64,000 bases of DNA from Fidelibacterota bacterium (GTDB lineage Bacteria; Fidelibacterota; UBA2242), in the NCBI GenBank assembly GCA_049975265.1, contig JBNGDF010000001.1, forward strand, positions 64,001 to 128,000, written 5' to 3'. The translations under genes were made by a program, and so were the position numbers. The notes below the pieces were generated by a model that saw only the letters and a list, made by a program, of their open reading frames with translations, searched no databases and was not told the DNA's origin. This document shows, piece by piece, positions 10,301 through 22,470 of the stretch (position 1 is its first letter; every line of letters starts with the position of its first letter).

Positions 10301-10559
10301 CTGCCGGCGGTTAGGTGTCTTTAAATTGAAATATGACAACAACTTATGCCGAATTTATTTCGATGTAGAAAACCCCTTCGGCGCGACCACTGATTTAATG
10401 CAGTACCTGAAATCAACCGCCTCGGAGTTAAAAATATCCTACAAATTTATTCCCAGCAAACAGCTCCTTTTTGCCATTTATCTGAACAAACAGGACCGGA
10501 TTACGCCGGTAAAACAGTTCTTGTATCATCTCCAGGGGAGCCTTAATTTACGCGAGTAA
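7326..10559 (+). CDS. mfd: Transcription-repair coupling factor Mfd
   Basis: VHHDYGIGRY, DRLLCGDVGFGKTE, IIDEEHRFG, SATPIPR, QLRGRVGR, DLEIRG and a C-terminal TRCF domain. Confidence 0.97.
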   Translation: MFHVKPDKDFEKLFTAFAAISPLPQIIQKIRLPRFQLSISGLDTNSLLSLFCITLIHQSRFCPLAVFSDPSKSEAFLIDIESFLPPKSIAFFPDSLTSDNDYRRFLVNDAAHKILAHEAKIIIASIGSFALQLPGSDSILQASLTLQTGLHFSKQMLIEKLSSFHYQRQFSVGYPGEFAARGEIVDIYPYGSDHPYRIEYFSDTIESIRTFDKESLQTLKSINTITLFPIIAEINENPASLSDYLSDNALPLLSDYDINPESYENLLESDGSLSALSAICLNKLRNADFQVVFKPIAKNIRGLGAFKKHINHLFNNHLCENIFFFCSDSGQKQRIDALLHDQPITVFDRPLSSGFESPADGFFLYTDTEIFSRRQKTRSFSFLPQDVVHTKFDSAEISYNDFIVHHDYGIGRYLGLTKVNAFGAERECLVLAYAGNDKVYVPLEKMALVHKYRTSGDIPPKISRLGSPEWDRIKLTTRRSIESLSEEIIELYSKRLHSDGFQYSPDNELQLSMETEFPYEETPDQITAINDIKKDMETTVPMDRLLCGDVGFGKTEVAIRAAFKAVNDSKQVAILTPTTILADQHYFTFKKRLDMYPVTVERLSRFVKASDQRNILKNLSSGNIDILIGTHRILSKDVRFADLGLLIIDEEHRFGVKDKDKIKRYRTNIDVLSLSATPIPRSLHFSLIGARDFSLITTPPKERLPIFTEIISFDKNIIKNAVNREIYRNGQIFFVHNEIKTIAAMADTLRQMFPDLNIQYVHGQMSEETIEPVMADFINNKVHILLTTAIIESGIDIPNANTIFINRAENLGLSQLYQLRGRVGRLDRQAYAYLIASHPSRLNPNAIKRLQSIKRHTALGSGYMISLEDLEIRGSGNIFGVEQSGNIHAIGYDLYLKILQDSLAELNTALPETGSQKTTATEKDINIVFPFPAFIPGEYVASESLRLSYYKQLTSFTTPEEIENLRNVISDIFGRPPPEMENLYSLITIKLYCRRLGVFKLKYDNNLCRIYFDVENPFGATTDLMQYLKSTASELKISYKFIPSKQLLFAIYLNKQDRITPVKQFLYHLQGSLNLRE
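7327..7342. promoter_or_regulatory. parS centromere-like site
   Basis: TGTTTCACGTGAAACC, 15/16 match to the consensus palindrome, at the mnmG/mfd overlap. Confidence 0.9.
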
Positions 10560-10573
10560 TCAGTCTGTCTGTT

Positions 10574-11962
10574 ATGCGAAAAATTCTACCCATATCAACC
10601 CTATTCTGTCTATTATGCCTGAGTACCTGCCAAAGGGATACCGCTGAGCGCTTCCTAAGGGTCGCAAATGTCTGGTTCACGGTTGCCGATTTTCATACAC
10701 AATACCCGATTCACAACTTCAAACACCTGCCGGAAGAATATAAAAAGCGACGGATTGAGGCGTTCATCGACCGACAATTGGTTGTCTATAAAGGAATTGA
10801 TGAAAACTATCCAAAAAGGTATGAATTCAAAGAGAAGTTTCGGAATTTCCGAAATAGACTTTTGATCAACATCTACTTCGACCGCACTGTTCTTGACTCG
10901 GTGATTACCAAGCGAAAATTACTGGACAGTTACGAATCGCTGGATTTTGGAAAAAGAGAAATGTACACTCTTGATGAATATACAGATGTTTTGAAAGAGC
11001 GTCTCATCCGAAAATTTTCCAGTGAAATTCAGGAGCGCTATCTTGCAGAAGTTCAACGTCTGAAGCATTCCTCCGGATTTCAAAGCTACCCGGAACACCT
11101 TGAGCAGTTGGCACAGTTATATCTGGACAGATATATTACTCTTCGAAACGATTCCGCTTCTTATTCATCCATTGACATCTTAAAGCGTCTTGACTTTTCA
11201 AAACCTCTTTTTCAGATCAACGGTAAAGACATATATCTGAAGAAATTTATTACCATGATTGATAATTATCCCCTGGCGCTCCCAAACCAGTTTTCGAGCC
11301 CCCAGGTATTAAATGAGATTGTCGAGACGGTCGCAATCAATACCTACACCTTAGAGCTGTCGAAAAAACTCCGTCTTCATCACGACCCGGAATTTAAACA
11401 GCGCTTGCGGGACGAGAAATTCACCCTGCTCCACGACCTTGTACTGCGGGATGAGGTATCGCACAAAATATCGATAAACGATGACAGTCTGTATCAATAC
11501 TATCTTGACCACACCGACTCCCTGTATCGCTCAGAAACCCGCTATGAGGTTCAGGAGATTTATGTATACAGTCGTCAACAGGCAAAAGAGATCATTCAAA
11601 AACTCAATCAGGGCGCCGATTTTCAACATCTGGCAAACCTGTATACCAAAAGATATCTGACCAAACCGCGAAAGGGGTATCTCGGATTGATCCGCTCCAA
11701 TATGTACGGCAGTATCGGTCATTATGCCGCCAAAACGCCAGCCGGTGAGTATTACTCCGAGCCTATCCCTTCGGGAAACGGATTCTCCGTTATTAAAGTC
11801 CTCTCTGTCGACGAATCAAAACCAATCCCCTTCGAACAAATCCGGGGCAATGTCCTCGAAGACTATCGCAAATCCTGTTATAACCGCAAAAAGTCGGAAC
11901 TAATCCGGAAAGTGAGAGATAAATATCACTACACCGTGGACTATTCAAAACTGATTAACTGA
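10574..11962 (+). CDS. Parvulin-type peptidyl-prolyl isomerase / SurA-PrsA-like chaperone, probable lipoprotein
   Basis: Signal peptide ending LSTC; C-terminal rotamase pattern EIYV...AKEIIQKLNQGADFQHLA...GYLG...SEPI...GFSVIKV. Confidence 0.75.
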   Translation: MRKILPISTLFCLLCLSTCQRDTAERFLRVANVWFTVADFHTQYPIHNFKHLPEEYKKRRIEAFIDRQLVVYKGIDENYPKRYEFKEKFRNFRNRLLINIYFDRTVLDSVITKRKLLDSYESLDFGKREMYTLDEYTDVLKERLIRKFSSEIQERYLAEVQRLKHSSGFQSYPEHLEQLAQLYLDRYITLRNDSASYSSIDILKRLDFSKPLFQINGKDIYLKKFITMIDNYPLALPNQFSSPQVLNEIVETVAINTYTLELSKKLRLHHDPEFKQRLRDEKFTLLHDLVLRDEVSHKISINDDSLYQYYLDHTDSLYRSETRYEVQEIYVYSRQQAKEIIQKLNQGADFQHLANLYTKRYLTKPRKGYLGLIRSNMYGSIGHYAAKTPAGEYYSEPIPSGNGFSVIKVLSVDESKPIPFEQIRGNVLEDYRKSCYNRKKSELIRKVRDKYHYTVDYSKLIN

Positions 11963-11978
11963 AGAGGACTTCAATACT

Positions 11979-12797
11979 TTGAGAAAATATCTGTTTCTTA
12001 TCCCGGTTTTAGCCATTTCCTTCTGCGGAAAGCCCAATAAACCGGAAAACTACCTGGCACGCGTCAATAATGTATACCTGACACCGGATTATATTCTCAC
12101 CAGCACATCCGAGATTGAACCGGAATATATTAACGACAACGATTATCTCGAATCAATCGTTTCCAACTGGGTAAAAAACGAAATTCTCTATGAGCAGGCT
12201 CTGAAATACCATTTCGACAAGGATAAATCTCTCCAACACAAGGTCGAAAACTACAAAAAGCAGCTGATCATCGATGCATATGTTCGTTTTCTGTTGCAAA
12301 CCAACATCCATGTCAGTGAAGATGAAATCCGGGATTTTTACATTCAGAACCGAAGCAGTTTTCTGAGGAACGTGGACGAAGCCAAAGTTTCCCATCTGAT
12401 CATCGATGATTTTGATGAAGCAAACCGCATAAAGATTATCCTACGCTCCCGAAATCGTAGAGAAATCGACGAAATTTTTAAAAAATACAACTTTGAGACC
12501 AAGGTCGTCCGGCGGGGTGAATCAATCAAGGAACTGGATAAAAATATATTTGAATCCCCACCCCGGAATGTCCTCGGACCCATTCCCAGCGACTATGGAT
12601 ACCACATTATTGAGGTGATCTCCCGTTACAAAGCCGGAACCATCCGTTCTATCGACGATGCCCGCGATGAAATTCTGGATAAGATCACCCAGTTAAAAAT
12701 CCAGGACTACTACAACACCTATCTGGATAGTCTTTTTTCCATCACGGATTACGAAATCAGACACGAAAATATCAACAACAGGATTTTCTTTCCATGA
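11979..12797 (+). CDS. PrsA-like peptidyl-prolyl isomerase lipoprotein
   Basis: Lipobox-like AISFC, LARVN, VSEDEIRDFY, GPIPSDYGYHIIEV. Confidence 0.75.
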   Translation: MRKYLFLIPVLAISFCGKPNKPENYLARVNNVYLTPDYILTSTSEIEPEYINDNDYLESIVSNWVKNEILYEQALKYHFDKDKSLQHKVENYKKQLIIDAYVRFLLQTNIHVSEDEIRDFYIQNRSSFLRNVDEAKVSHLIIDDFDEANRIKIILRSRNRREIDEIFKKYNFETKVVRRGESIKELDKNIFESPPRNVLGPIPSDYGYHIIEVISRYKAGTIRSIDDARDEILDKITQLKIQDYYNTYLDSLFSITDYEIRHENINNRIFFP

Positions 12798-14056
12798 AAA
12801 GATTTTTTTTCTTTTTAACAATCGCATTGATTCCTCTAATCTATTCGCAGGAAATCATAGACGGTATCGCTGCTATCGTGGGAGAAAACATAATCTTAAA
12901 AAGCGAGGTGGACCAGTTCGTTCAGATGAATGCTGCCCAGCTTCAGATTGACCCTCAGCAAAATCCGGCGGTCTATCAACAACTGGTGGAGCAGTCGCTC
13001 CAGTCGCTGATTGATGAAAATATTCTGCTTGAACAGGCAAAAATTGAAACCATTGAGGTTAAAGATCGTGAAGTCGAAACCATGCTCGAACAACAGATTG
13101 AAAACATCATTTTCCAGGCCGGATCAGAAGAAAACGCAGAAAAAATTCTTGGTAAATCCCTGAATGAAATCCGTCGTGATTACCGTCCCCAGATGAAAAA
13201 TCGTCTGATTGTCGAAAAATTAAAGAACGAAAAATTTGCCACTATCAATATCACCCGACGGGAAGTAGAAAAATTTTATCAGACTTATAAAGACAGCCTG
13301 CCTGAAATACCACCCTCCTACGATTTCAGTCAAATTCTTTTTAAAATTAAACCAGGTGAAAAAGAAGAACTTCGGGCAAAATCTCTGGCTGACTCTCTCC
13401 ATCAGCTACTCCGAACCGATGCTACACATTTTGCGGAACTGGCCAGAAACCACTCCCAGGACCCCGCCAGTGCCCGCGACGGTGGAGACCTGGGATATAT
13501 CTCACGCGGAGGTTTTATCAAGGAATTTGAAGAGGTCGCGTTCTCTCTGAATAAAAACGAGATCAGCGACGTCGTTAAAACCGAGTTTGGTTACCACATA
13601 ATCAAATTAATTGACCGTAAAGGTGAAAATATCAGGGTTAGCCATATCCTGATTAAACCGGAAATATCGGATAAGAATATTGATAGTCTCCGGGCAAAAG
13701 CCAACCATGTTCGAAAATTGTTGATAAATGATAAGATTTCCTTTGATTCTGCGGCAGTTCTGTATAGCGACGATCCCGATGTTAAAGCCAATAAAGGTCG
13801 TATTCAACGAATTCTGAAAAGTCAAATACAACAACCAAAATTTCTGGTTGTACTCGATACTTTGCATATCGGTCAGATAAGCCATGTTTTTGAGACCGAT
13901 ATGGGGTATCATATACTAAAATTACACAACATTTTTACTGACTCCTGGTCGGTTATTGAAAAATGGGCTTTAGAGTATAAAAAATCAAAACTTTATGATC
14001 AGTGGATAAACGAGCTTAGATCAAAATTTAATATTGAACTTAGGATCAGTTCATAA
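12794..14056 (+). CDS. surA: Periplasmic chaperone/PPIase SurA
   Basis: IDGIAAIVGENIILKSE N-domain and two parvulin domains (FAELARNHSQDP..GGDLG..FGYHII; YSDDP..MGYHILKL). Confidence 0.85.
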   Translation: MKRFFFFLTIALIPLIYSQEIIDGIAAIVGENIILKSEVDQFVQMNAAQLQIDPQQNPAVYQQLVEQSLQSLIDENILLEQAKIETIEVKDREVETMLEQQIENIIFQAGSEENAEKILGKSLNEIRRDYRPQMKNRLIVEKLKNEKFATINITRREVEKFYQTYKDSLPEIPPSYDFSQILFKIKPGEKEELRAKSLADSLHQLLRTDATHFAELARNHSQDPASARDGGDLGYISRGGFIKEFEEVAFSLNKNEISDVVKTEFGYHIIKLIDRKGENIRVSHILIKPEISDKNIDSLRAKANHVRKLLINDKISFDSAAVLYSDDPDVKANKGRIQRILKSQIQQPKFLVVLDTLHIGQISHVFETDMGYHILKLHNIFTDSWSVIEKWALEYKKSKLYDQWINELRSKFNIELRISS

Positions 14057-14365
14057 AAAGTGGATAGTGTGTTTACGATAAGGATTTATCAAACCATTTT
14101 TAAAAACACTCCAATTTCATATCTCTTCTCAACAAATTGTAAACATCTTTTTATATAGATATTATATCTGTATTCTCCAATAAAAAACAACATTTATCAA
14201 CAAATTCACCTGTATATAACTAGAAATAAACTTTCTTTAATTACGTATCATTTCTATCCTATTTATTTCATAAAATATCTTGTAAAAATATCAATATTTT
14301 GGTAAAATTATCCGACGTGAGAAGAATTCAAAAAAGAGGTCAATAATGCAGTTTTCAGTGGATAA
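14001..14365. other. Probable replication origin oriC
   Basis: About 290 bp of very AT-rich intergenic DNA. DnaA-box-like sites at 14001-14009, 14059-14067, 14126-14134, 14194-14202, 14211-14219 and 14357-14365. By eye the + strand switches from C-rich to G-rich around here. Confidence 0.75.
14280..14308 (+). promoter_or_regulatory. Sigma70-type promoter for the dnaN operon
   Basis: TTGTAA-17 bp-TAAAAT with a TG extended -10. Confidence 0.55.
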
Positions 14366-15461
14366 AAATGTTCTACTTTCGCATATCCAAAAAGTTACCA
14401 AAGTATCTCCGACACGTACGACTATGGCGATTCTCAACAGTATACTGTTTGAAGTAAAAGATAATCAACTGACCCTCAGATCATCGGATATTGAAATAAC
14501 CATGAATACCGTGCTTCCGGTAAAAGGAGTTGAAAACGGTGCCATTGCTTTGCCGAACAGGATTATTTTTGATATTGTAAATGAAGCCGAAGAGGGTGAA
14601 TTAACAATTATATCCGATTCAGAAGGTAGTTGTACATTAAAAACCGGAAAAGGTGTTTTTGAAATTATGGGAAGATCCGCTGAAGAATTTCCGGATTTAC
14701 CGAAAATAACCATTTTTAATGATGTTGAGATTGAAAATGCCACTCTGCGACGGATGATTCAGAAAACAATCATCGCCGTCAGTAAAGATGAATTAAAACC
14801 GGCACTCATGGGTATGCTGTTACAGATAAAGAAAAATGAATTAAGAACTGTAGCAACCGATGGTCACCGGCTGGTGTGTGTCGTTCGTAAGGATTTTCAT
14901 AATGAGGAATACGAAGGAGAAGTAATTATTCCCGTTAAATTTTTAAACTTATTATTGGGATATCTGGATTCCGAAGGTACCACGCTCCTCTCCATCAGTG
15001 AAAATCATGTCAAAGTTGAACTGGATTCTACAGTGATCTACTCAAGAATAATTGATGAAAATTTTCCGGATTATGAAAGTGTTATTCCAAAAGACAATGA
15101 TCGTTTAATTCGTACGGATGTCAATAGCCTGTTGGCGACATTACGCCGGGTAATTATATTTGCTAACAAAACGACCCACCAGATTTCTCTGTCGTTAGGT
15201 AAGAAAAAGTCAAAAATCAGTACCACAAATCAGGAAACGGGAACTTCCGCAGATGAAGAGATCGATATTGAGTATTCTGGTGATGATATGACGGTAGGCT
15301 ATAATGCCGAATACTTGAAGGAAATTCTTCGTAATATCGATACAGGCAATGTGATTATGAAATTAAAATCACCTATCAGTGCCTGTCTGATTCTACCCGA
15401 AGAACAGAAAGAAAACGAAGAATTTACCATGCTGTTAATGCCGATCCGTCTGAATGAATAA
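14346..15461 (+). CDS. dnaN: DNA polymerase III beta clamp
   Basis: VATDGHRL, FPDYESVIP, GYNAEYL, C-terminal LLMPIRL; GAGG SD. Confidence 0.98.
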   Translation: MQFSVDKNVLLSHIQKVTKVSPTRTTMAILNSILFEVKDNQLTLRSSDIEITMNTVLPVKGVENGAIALPNRIIFDIVNEAEEGELTIISDSEGSCTLKTGKGVFEIMGRSAEEFPDLPKITIFNDVEIENATLRRMIQKTIIAVSKDELKPALMGMLLQIKKNELRTVATDGHRLVCVVRKDFHNEEYEGEVIIPVKFLNLLLGYLDSEGTTLLSISENHVKVELDSTVIYSRIIDENFPDYESVIPKDNDRLIRTDVNSLLATLRRVIIFANKTTHQISLSLGKKKSKISTTNQETGTSADEEIDIEYSGDDMTVGYNAEYLKEILRNIDTGNVIMKLKSPISACLILPEEQKENEEFTMLLMPIRLNE

Positions 15462-15525
15462 AGTAAAAAATTTATATTGTTACGATTAAATAATTCCAAT
15501 TCGATTAAATATTCTTGTGTATTGA

Positions 15526-16640
15526 ATGATCTTAAAGAAGTTAAAACTGAAGTATTTCAGAAATTACGATAATGCAGATTTTGAGTTCAGTGATAATTTG
15601 AACATTATTCTGGGTGATAACGGCACCGGAAAAACGACATTACTGGAGGCTGTCCATTTTCTCTCCCTGACGAAAAGTTTTCGGACGCACAAAAACGGCG
15701 ATGTTATTATGTATAACTGTGAATACTTTCAAATTTTTGGTCAGTTTGTCAATTCGAAAAGCGAGGATTTACTAATCAATGTAAATTACTCATCCAGTGA
15801 CGGAAAAGCCCTGTTGATTAATAAGGTAAAGGTTGATAAAATCATTGATATTATCGGTAAAATTCCGGTCATTATTCTGTCACCCAGCCATCAGCGATTA
15901 ACTGAGAACGGACCGTCACTGCGGAGAAATTTTATTGATCGCATATTGGCTCAGATTAACAGCGATTACCTGTTCACATTGGTTGAGTTTAAAAAGCGAT
16001 TAATTCAGAGAAATGCGCTCCTGACAAAATACCAGGATGAAAAACAGCACAAATATGACAGGTATATCGAAACAGTTGATGATATTTTGGCAGATTACGC
16101 CTTGCGAATTCAGGCGATGAGAACCGAATTTATTAAGGATTTTAATCCAATTTTTCAGGATATATACGGTTCACTGGAACACAAAAAACGAGCGGTAAAA
16201 ATTGAAAACCGGTGCAACATCAATGTTGATATCGCCGACTTCCAAAAAGTATATAAAAGTAAATTAAAATCGAAGATAGAGCAGGATATAGGTTATGGTC
16301 GGACAAGCACAGGTCCCCACCTGGACCGAATCCGGTTTCTGTTCAATGACCGTGATATTCGTTATTATGGTTCACAGGGTGAGCATAAGATATATTTAAT
16401 GGCGCTGAAGTTGGCAGAAGGACGCTATATTGAGGAGAAAACAGGAGAAAAGGTGATCTTTTTGCTGGATGACCTGTTTGCCTTGCTGGACAGAACTCAT
16501 TGTACGAATATTATTAAATTGATTGGATCGGATAATCAGACCTTTATCACTGTGACAGACATGGCTATTCTGAAGCAATCAGATTTTAAGATTGATAGGT
16601 ATAATCATCGTTTGTTGCAATTACCACAAGGAATTTCGTA

Positions 16641-16641
<1 letters not shown>
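15526..16641 (+). CDS. recF: DNA replication/repair protein RecF
   Basis: FRNY, GDNGTGKTTLLEA, GPHLD, GSQGE, LLDDLFALLD. Confidence 0.96.
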
Positions 16642-18844
<2,203 letters not shown>

Positions 18845-18847
18845 ACA

Positions 18848-21370
18848 ATGAACAAGCAAAAACAGGTCAACATAGAATTTCAGCGCAATAAAATTATCGC
18901 TGTGAATATTGACGAGGAGATGCGGGACGCCTATCTTGATTATTCGATGTCGGTGATTGTCGCCCGCGCCCTGCCCGATGTGCGCGACGGGCTCAAACCG
19001 GTTCACCGGCGGATCTTGTATGGAATGTCCGGACTGGGACTGACGTATAACCGTCCGACGAAGAAGTGTGCCAGGATCGTCGGAGAGGTGATGGGTAAAT
19101 ATCATCCCCATGGTGATGCAGCGGTTTATGATTCCCTGGTGCGCATGGCACAGGATTTTTCGATGCGTTATCCGCTTGTTAACGGACAGGGCAATTTTGG
19201 CTCCATCGATGGTGACAATGCTGCCGCTATGCGTTATACCGAAGCACGAATGAATCGGATCTCCGGCGAGTTGCTCAAGGACCTCGATAAAGAGACCGTC
19301 GAATTTGTACCGAATTTTGATGATTCTCTGACGGAGCCATTGGTTCTGCCGACAACGGTTCCCCTCTTGTTGGTCAACGGTTCAAGCGGGATTGCCGTGG
19401 GAATGGCGACGAATATCCCACCGCATAATCTCACCGAAATCGCCAGTGCCATTATCTATCTCGTGGACAATCCAGACGCAACCACAGACGATCTGATGAA
19501 GTTTGTTGTCGGTCCGGATTTTCCAACCGGGGCATTTATTCTGGGGCGCCAGGGAATCAGAAGTGCTTATGAGACGGGTAAGGGCATTATAAAAATCCGC
19601 GCTCAGGCGTTTGTGGAGACCAGCAAGGTCGGCAAAAACAGCATTATTATCACAGAAATCCCCTATCAGGTTAATAAAGCCAACCTGATCGGAAAAATCG
19701 CCGGACTGGTACGGGAAAAGGTGGTCGAGGGCATATCCGATATCCGGGACGAATCCGATAAAGACGGAATCCGTATTGTCATTGAAATCAAGCGCGATGC
19801 TATCCCGGAAGTCGTGTTAAACCAGCTCTACAGCCACACGCAGCTGCAGGATAGTTTTGGAATCAACATGCTGGCGCTAGTGGATGGTGTTCCCAAACAG
19901 TTGTCACTGAAGGAGATTCTTGCGCACTTTATTGATTTTCGTCATGAAATCATCATTAAGCGAACCCGCTTTGATCTGAATGCCGCCGAAGAAAAGGCGC
20001 ATATTCTCGAAGGTTTGAAAATCGCACTGGATAATATTGATGAGGTTATTGTGATAATCAAAGCCTCTTCGTCTCCGGAAGAAGCCCGCAATAATCTCAT
20101 GGAACGGTTTCAGTTTTCTGAACGTCAGGCGCAGGCGATACTGGATATGCGCCTGCAGAAACTGACGAGCCTGGAGGTGGAAAAGGTCGTCATTGAATAT
20201 AAAGAGACCCTGAAACTGATTGCCCGCCTGAAGGAGATACTGGAGAGCAGAGGGCTACGGATGGAAATATTAAAAGAGGAAATTTCAGAGGTCCGTGAGA
20301 GATACGGAGATGAACGGCGGACCCAGATTATTGATGATGACGGAGAATTTTCCGTTGAGGATATGATTGCCGAAGAGGACATGGTCATTACCATTACCCA
20401 TCAGGGTTTTATCAAGCGGTTTCCGGTGGACATATCTCGTCGTCAGCATCGTGGCGGACGCGGTTCGACCGGCGCCCAGACCAAAGATGAGGATTTCGTC
20501 CGGAATCTGTTTATTGCCAGTACCCACGACTACATGCTCTTCTTTACCAACAGGGGAAAGGTTTACTGGCTGAAGGTTCATGAGATTCCCCGTGGCAGCA
20601 AGGCATCCCGCGGACGCGCCATTGTCAATCTTCTTGAGACGGAGCCCGAAGAAAAGGTCCGGGCGGTGCTGAATGTCAAAGAGTTTGACAATCACCATTT
20701 TGTGGTAATGGTGACAAATAATGGCACAATCAAAAAAACGCCGCTGTCCGCATTCGGAAATCCGCGACGCACAGGTATCCGGGCGATCAGTGTTGCTGAA
20801 GATGATGATCTGATCGATGTTCAGATGACCGATGGCAGCCAGGATATAATTCTGGGGACATCCCATGGCAAATCGATCCGCTTTAAGGAGTCCGATGTCC
20901 GACCCATGGGGCGGACGGCTGCCGGAGTCCGCGGTATCAATTTGCGGGGCAAAGACAACCGGGTTGTGGGAATGGTCATCGTCAAACGGGAGGGCGGTAC
21001 GCTGCTGGCGGTTTCGGAAAACGGCTACGGCAAGCGTACCGATATTCTCGATTATCCGATTATAAAGCGGGGCGGTGTGGGGGTGATAACACTGAAAACA
21101 ACCGCCCGTAACGGGTTGATGGTAGCGCTGCTTGAGGTGGTTGACACGGACGATCTGATGATCATTACCGAAAAGGGGGTTTTGATTCGTCTGCCGGTGA
21201 ATACCATCCGCACGATCAGCCGAAACACCCAGGGAGTCCGTCTGATCCGGCTGGACGAAGGCGATTGCATTTCGGCGGTTACCCGCATTCTTGAGTCCAA
21301 CGATAATGGAAGCGAGGAAGAAGACCAGACAACGATCCTTCCGGATGAGAATTCTATAGACGGAGAGTAA
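18848..21370 (+). CDS. gyrA: DNA gyrase subunit A
   Basis: [22 protein letters not shown], GyrA-box QHRGGRG, beta-pinwheel repeats, acidic tail. Confidence 0.98.
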   Translation: MNKQKQVNIEFQRNKIIAVNIDEEMRDAYLDYSMSVIVARALPDVRDGLKPVHRRILYGMSGLGLTYNRPTKKCARIVGEVMGKYHPHGDAAVYDSLVRMAQDFSMRYPLVNGQGNFGSIDGDNAAAMRYTEARMNRISGELLKDLDKETVEFVPNFDDSLTEPLVLPTTVPLLLVNGSSGIAVGMATNIPPHNLTEIASAIIYLVDNPDATTDDLMKFVVGPDFPTGAFILGRQGIRSAYETGKGIIKIRAQAFVETSKVGKNSIIITEIPYQVNKANLIGKIAGLVREKVVEGISDIRDESDKDGIRIVIEIKRDAIPEVVLNQLYSHTQLQDSFGINMLALVDGVPKQLSLKEILAHFIDFRHEIIIKRTRFDLNAAEEKAHILEGLKIALDNIDEVIVIIKASSSPEEARNNLMERFQFSERQAQAILDMRLQKLTSLEVEKVVIEYKETLKLIARLKEILESRGLRMEILKEEISEVRERYGDERRTQIIDDDGEFSVEDMIAEEDMVITITHQGFIKRFPVDISRRQHRGGRGSTGAQTKDEDFVRNLFIASTHDYMLFFTNRGKVYWLKVHEIPRGSKASRGRAIVNLLETEPEEKVRAVLNVKEFDNHHFVVMVTNNGTIKKTPLSAFGNPRRTGIRAISVAEDDDLIDVQMTDGSQDIILGTSHGKSIRFKESDVRPMGRTAAGVRGINLRGKDNRVVGMVIVKREGGTLLAVSENGYGKRTDILDYPIIKRGGVGVITLKTTARNGLMVALLEVVDTDDLMIITEKGVLIRLPVNTIRTISRNTQGVRLIRLDEGDCISAVTRILESNDNGSEEEDQTTILPDENSIDGE

Positions 21371-21374
21371 TGAG

Positions 21375-21791
21375 ATGCTCCAGAAAAGTGATATTATCGA
21401 CAGAAAATTCAATCGCGCCTGGCGGGGCTTTGACCCGGTGGAAGTACGCTATTTTCTTGAGATGCTGGCGGAGGAATTTGAGAAATTGGAGCAGCGGATT
21501 ACTGAGCTTGAGCCGATTGAGAAGCAGTTGAGCGAGATGAATATCAAGTCTCCCGATGACATTATCAGAGAGGCGGAAGAAAAGGCGCAAAAGATAATTG
21601 AAGATGCCGAAAACCTTGCCAGGGAGGTTCTGGACCGGGCGAAAACTCAAAAGGAGAAAGAGAAAGAGGCGATCGCTCTTCTCACAAACCGCAGGGATCG
21701 GCTGATCAATATGATAAAAAAGGTCGTGGATCAGCAGAAAGATATAGCCAATTTTCTTGGTAGTGACCAAGTCGAATCCGAAGAGTCATAA
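21375..21791 (+). CDS. DivIVA domain protein
   Basis: DIIDRKFNRAWRGFDPVEVRYFL followed by a coiled coil. Confidence 0.85.
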   Translation: MLQKSDIIDRKFNRAWRGFDPVEVRYFLEMLAEEFEKLEQRITELEPIEKQLSEMNIKSPDDIIREAEEKAQKIIEDAENLAREVLDRAKTQKEKEKEAIALLTNRRDRLINMIKKVVDQQKDIANFLGSDQVESEES

Positions 21792-21809
21792 AGAGCGGGT
21801 CCGCTGAAT

Positions 21810-22466
21810 TTGAAGACAAAGGCTTTTGATTTTAAAGAACTGACAATATCGGCGGAAGCGGTCATAATCTCGACGATACATATTGATGATTTGGGCTGGA
21901 TAGTATATTCCGGGCGGGATGTAGAAATTTACAAACAATCTATAGGGCAAAGTTGCTACTGCTATTTACGGGACAATACGCCGAGTGTATATCGGGAGGT
22001 TGTGAACCGTTGGGCGGATCAGGGTATAAAGAGAGTTGTTTTTATCAGCGAAACGGATCAGGTAGATGGCGAAGTTTGTTCGGCGGTTGTTGTGACGGAT
22101 CATATCAATGTATCCGGAATCAATCCGCTGATCGGTCCGAATGATGAGATCCGCGGTACTCGTTTTCCTGATATGACGGATTTGTATAGCGGGGCGCTGT
22201 CGGCTCAAGTGAAGCGGTGTTGCACTGTCGCCGGTCTTTCGGTCTGTGAGCGCCTCCTTCTGGTGCCAAAGGGTATGGCGAGGCGTACCGATCTGGAGAA
22301 GCGCATTCTGGCGCTGCGGAAAGATGTCATTATTTCGCAGGATATATTTTCCGGCGTTATCACCGCCCGACACCGCTCTCTTTCTTCGGCGGGTATGTTT
22401 TTATATAACGGTCTTGCTACTCAGCGGAAGACTGTATTGATAAAAGCCTTGTTAGAGCAGATTTAA
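21810..22466 (+). CDS. Degenerate purine-nucleoside-phosphorylase-like protein
   Basis: Retains DHINVSGINPLIGPND..GTRFPDMTDLYS and ARH, but other PNP motifs are missing. Confidence 0.7.
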   Translation: MKTKAFDFKELTISAEAVIISTIHIDDLGWIVYSGRDVEIYKQSIGQSCYCYLRDNTPSVYREVVNRWADQGIKRVVFISETDQVDGEVCSAVVVTDHINVSGINPLIGPNDEIRGTRFPDMTDLYSGALSAQVKRCCTVAGLSVCERLLLVPKGMARRTDLEKRILALRKDVIISQDIFSGVITARHRSLSSAGMFLYNGLATQRKTVLIKALLEQI

Positions 22467-22470
22467 ATAG

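Noticed and set aside
20285..21412. 375-aa antisense ORF within gyrA
   Set aside because: Shadow frame of a conserved gene; no recognisable motifs or SD.
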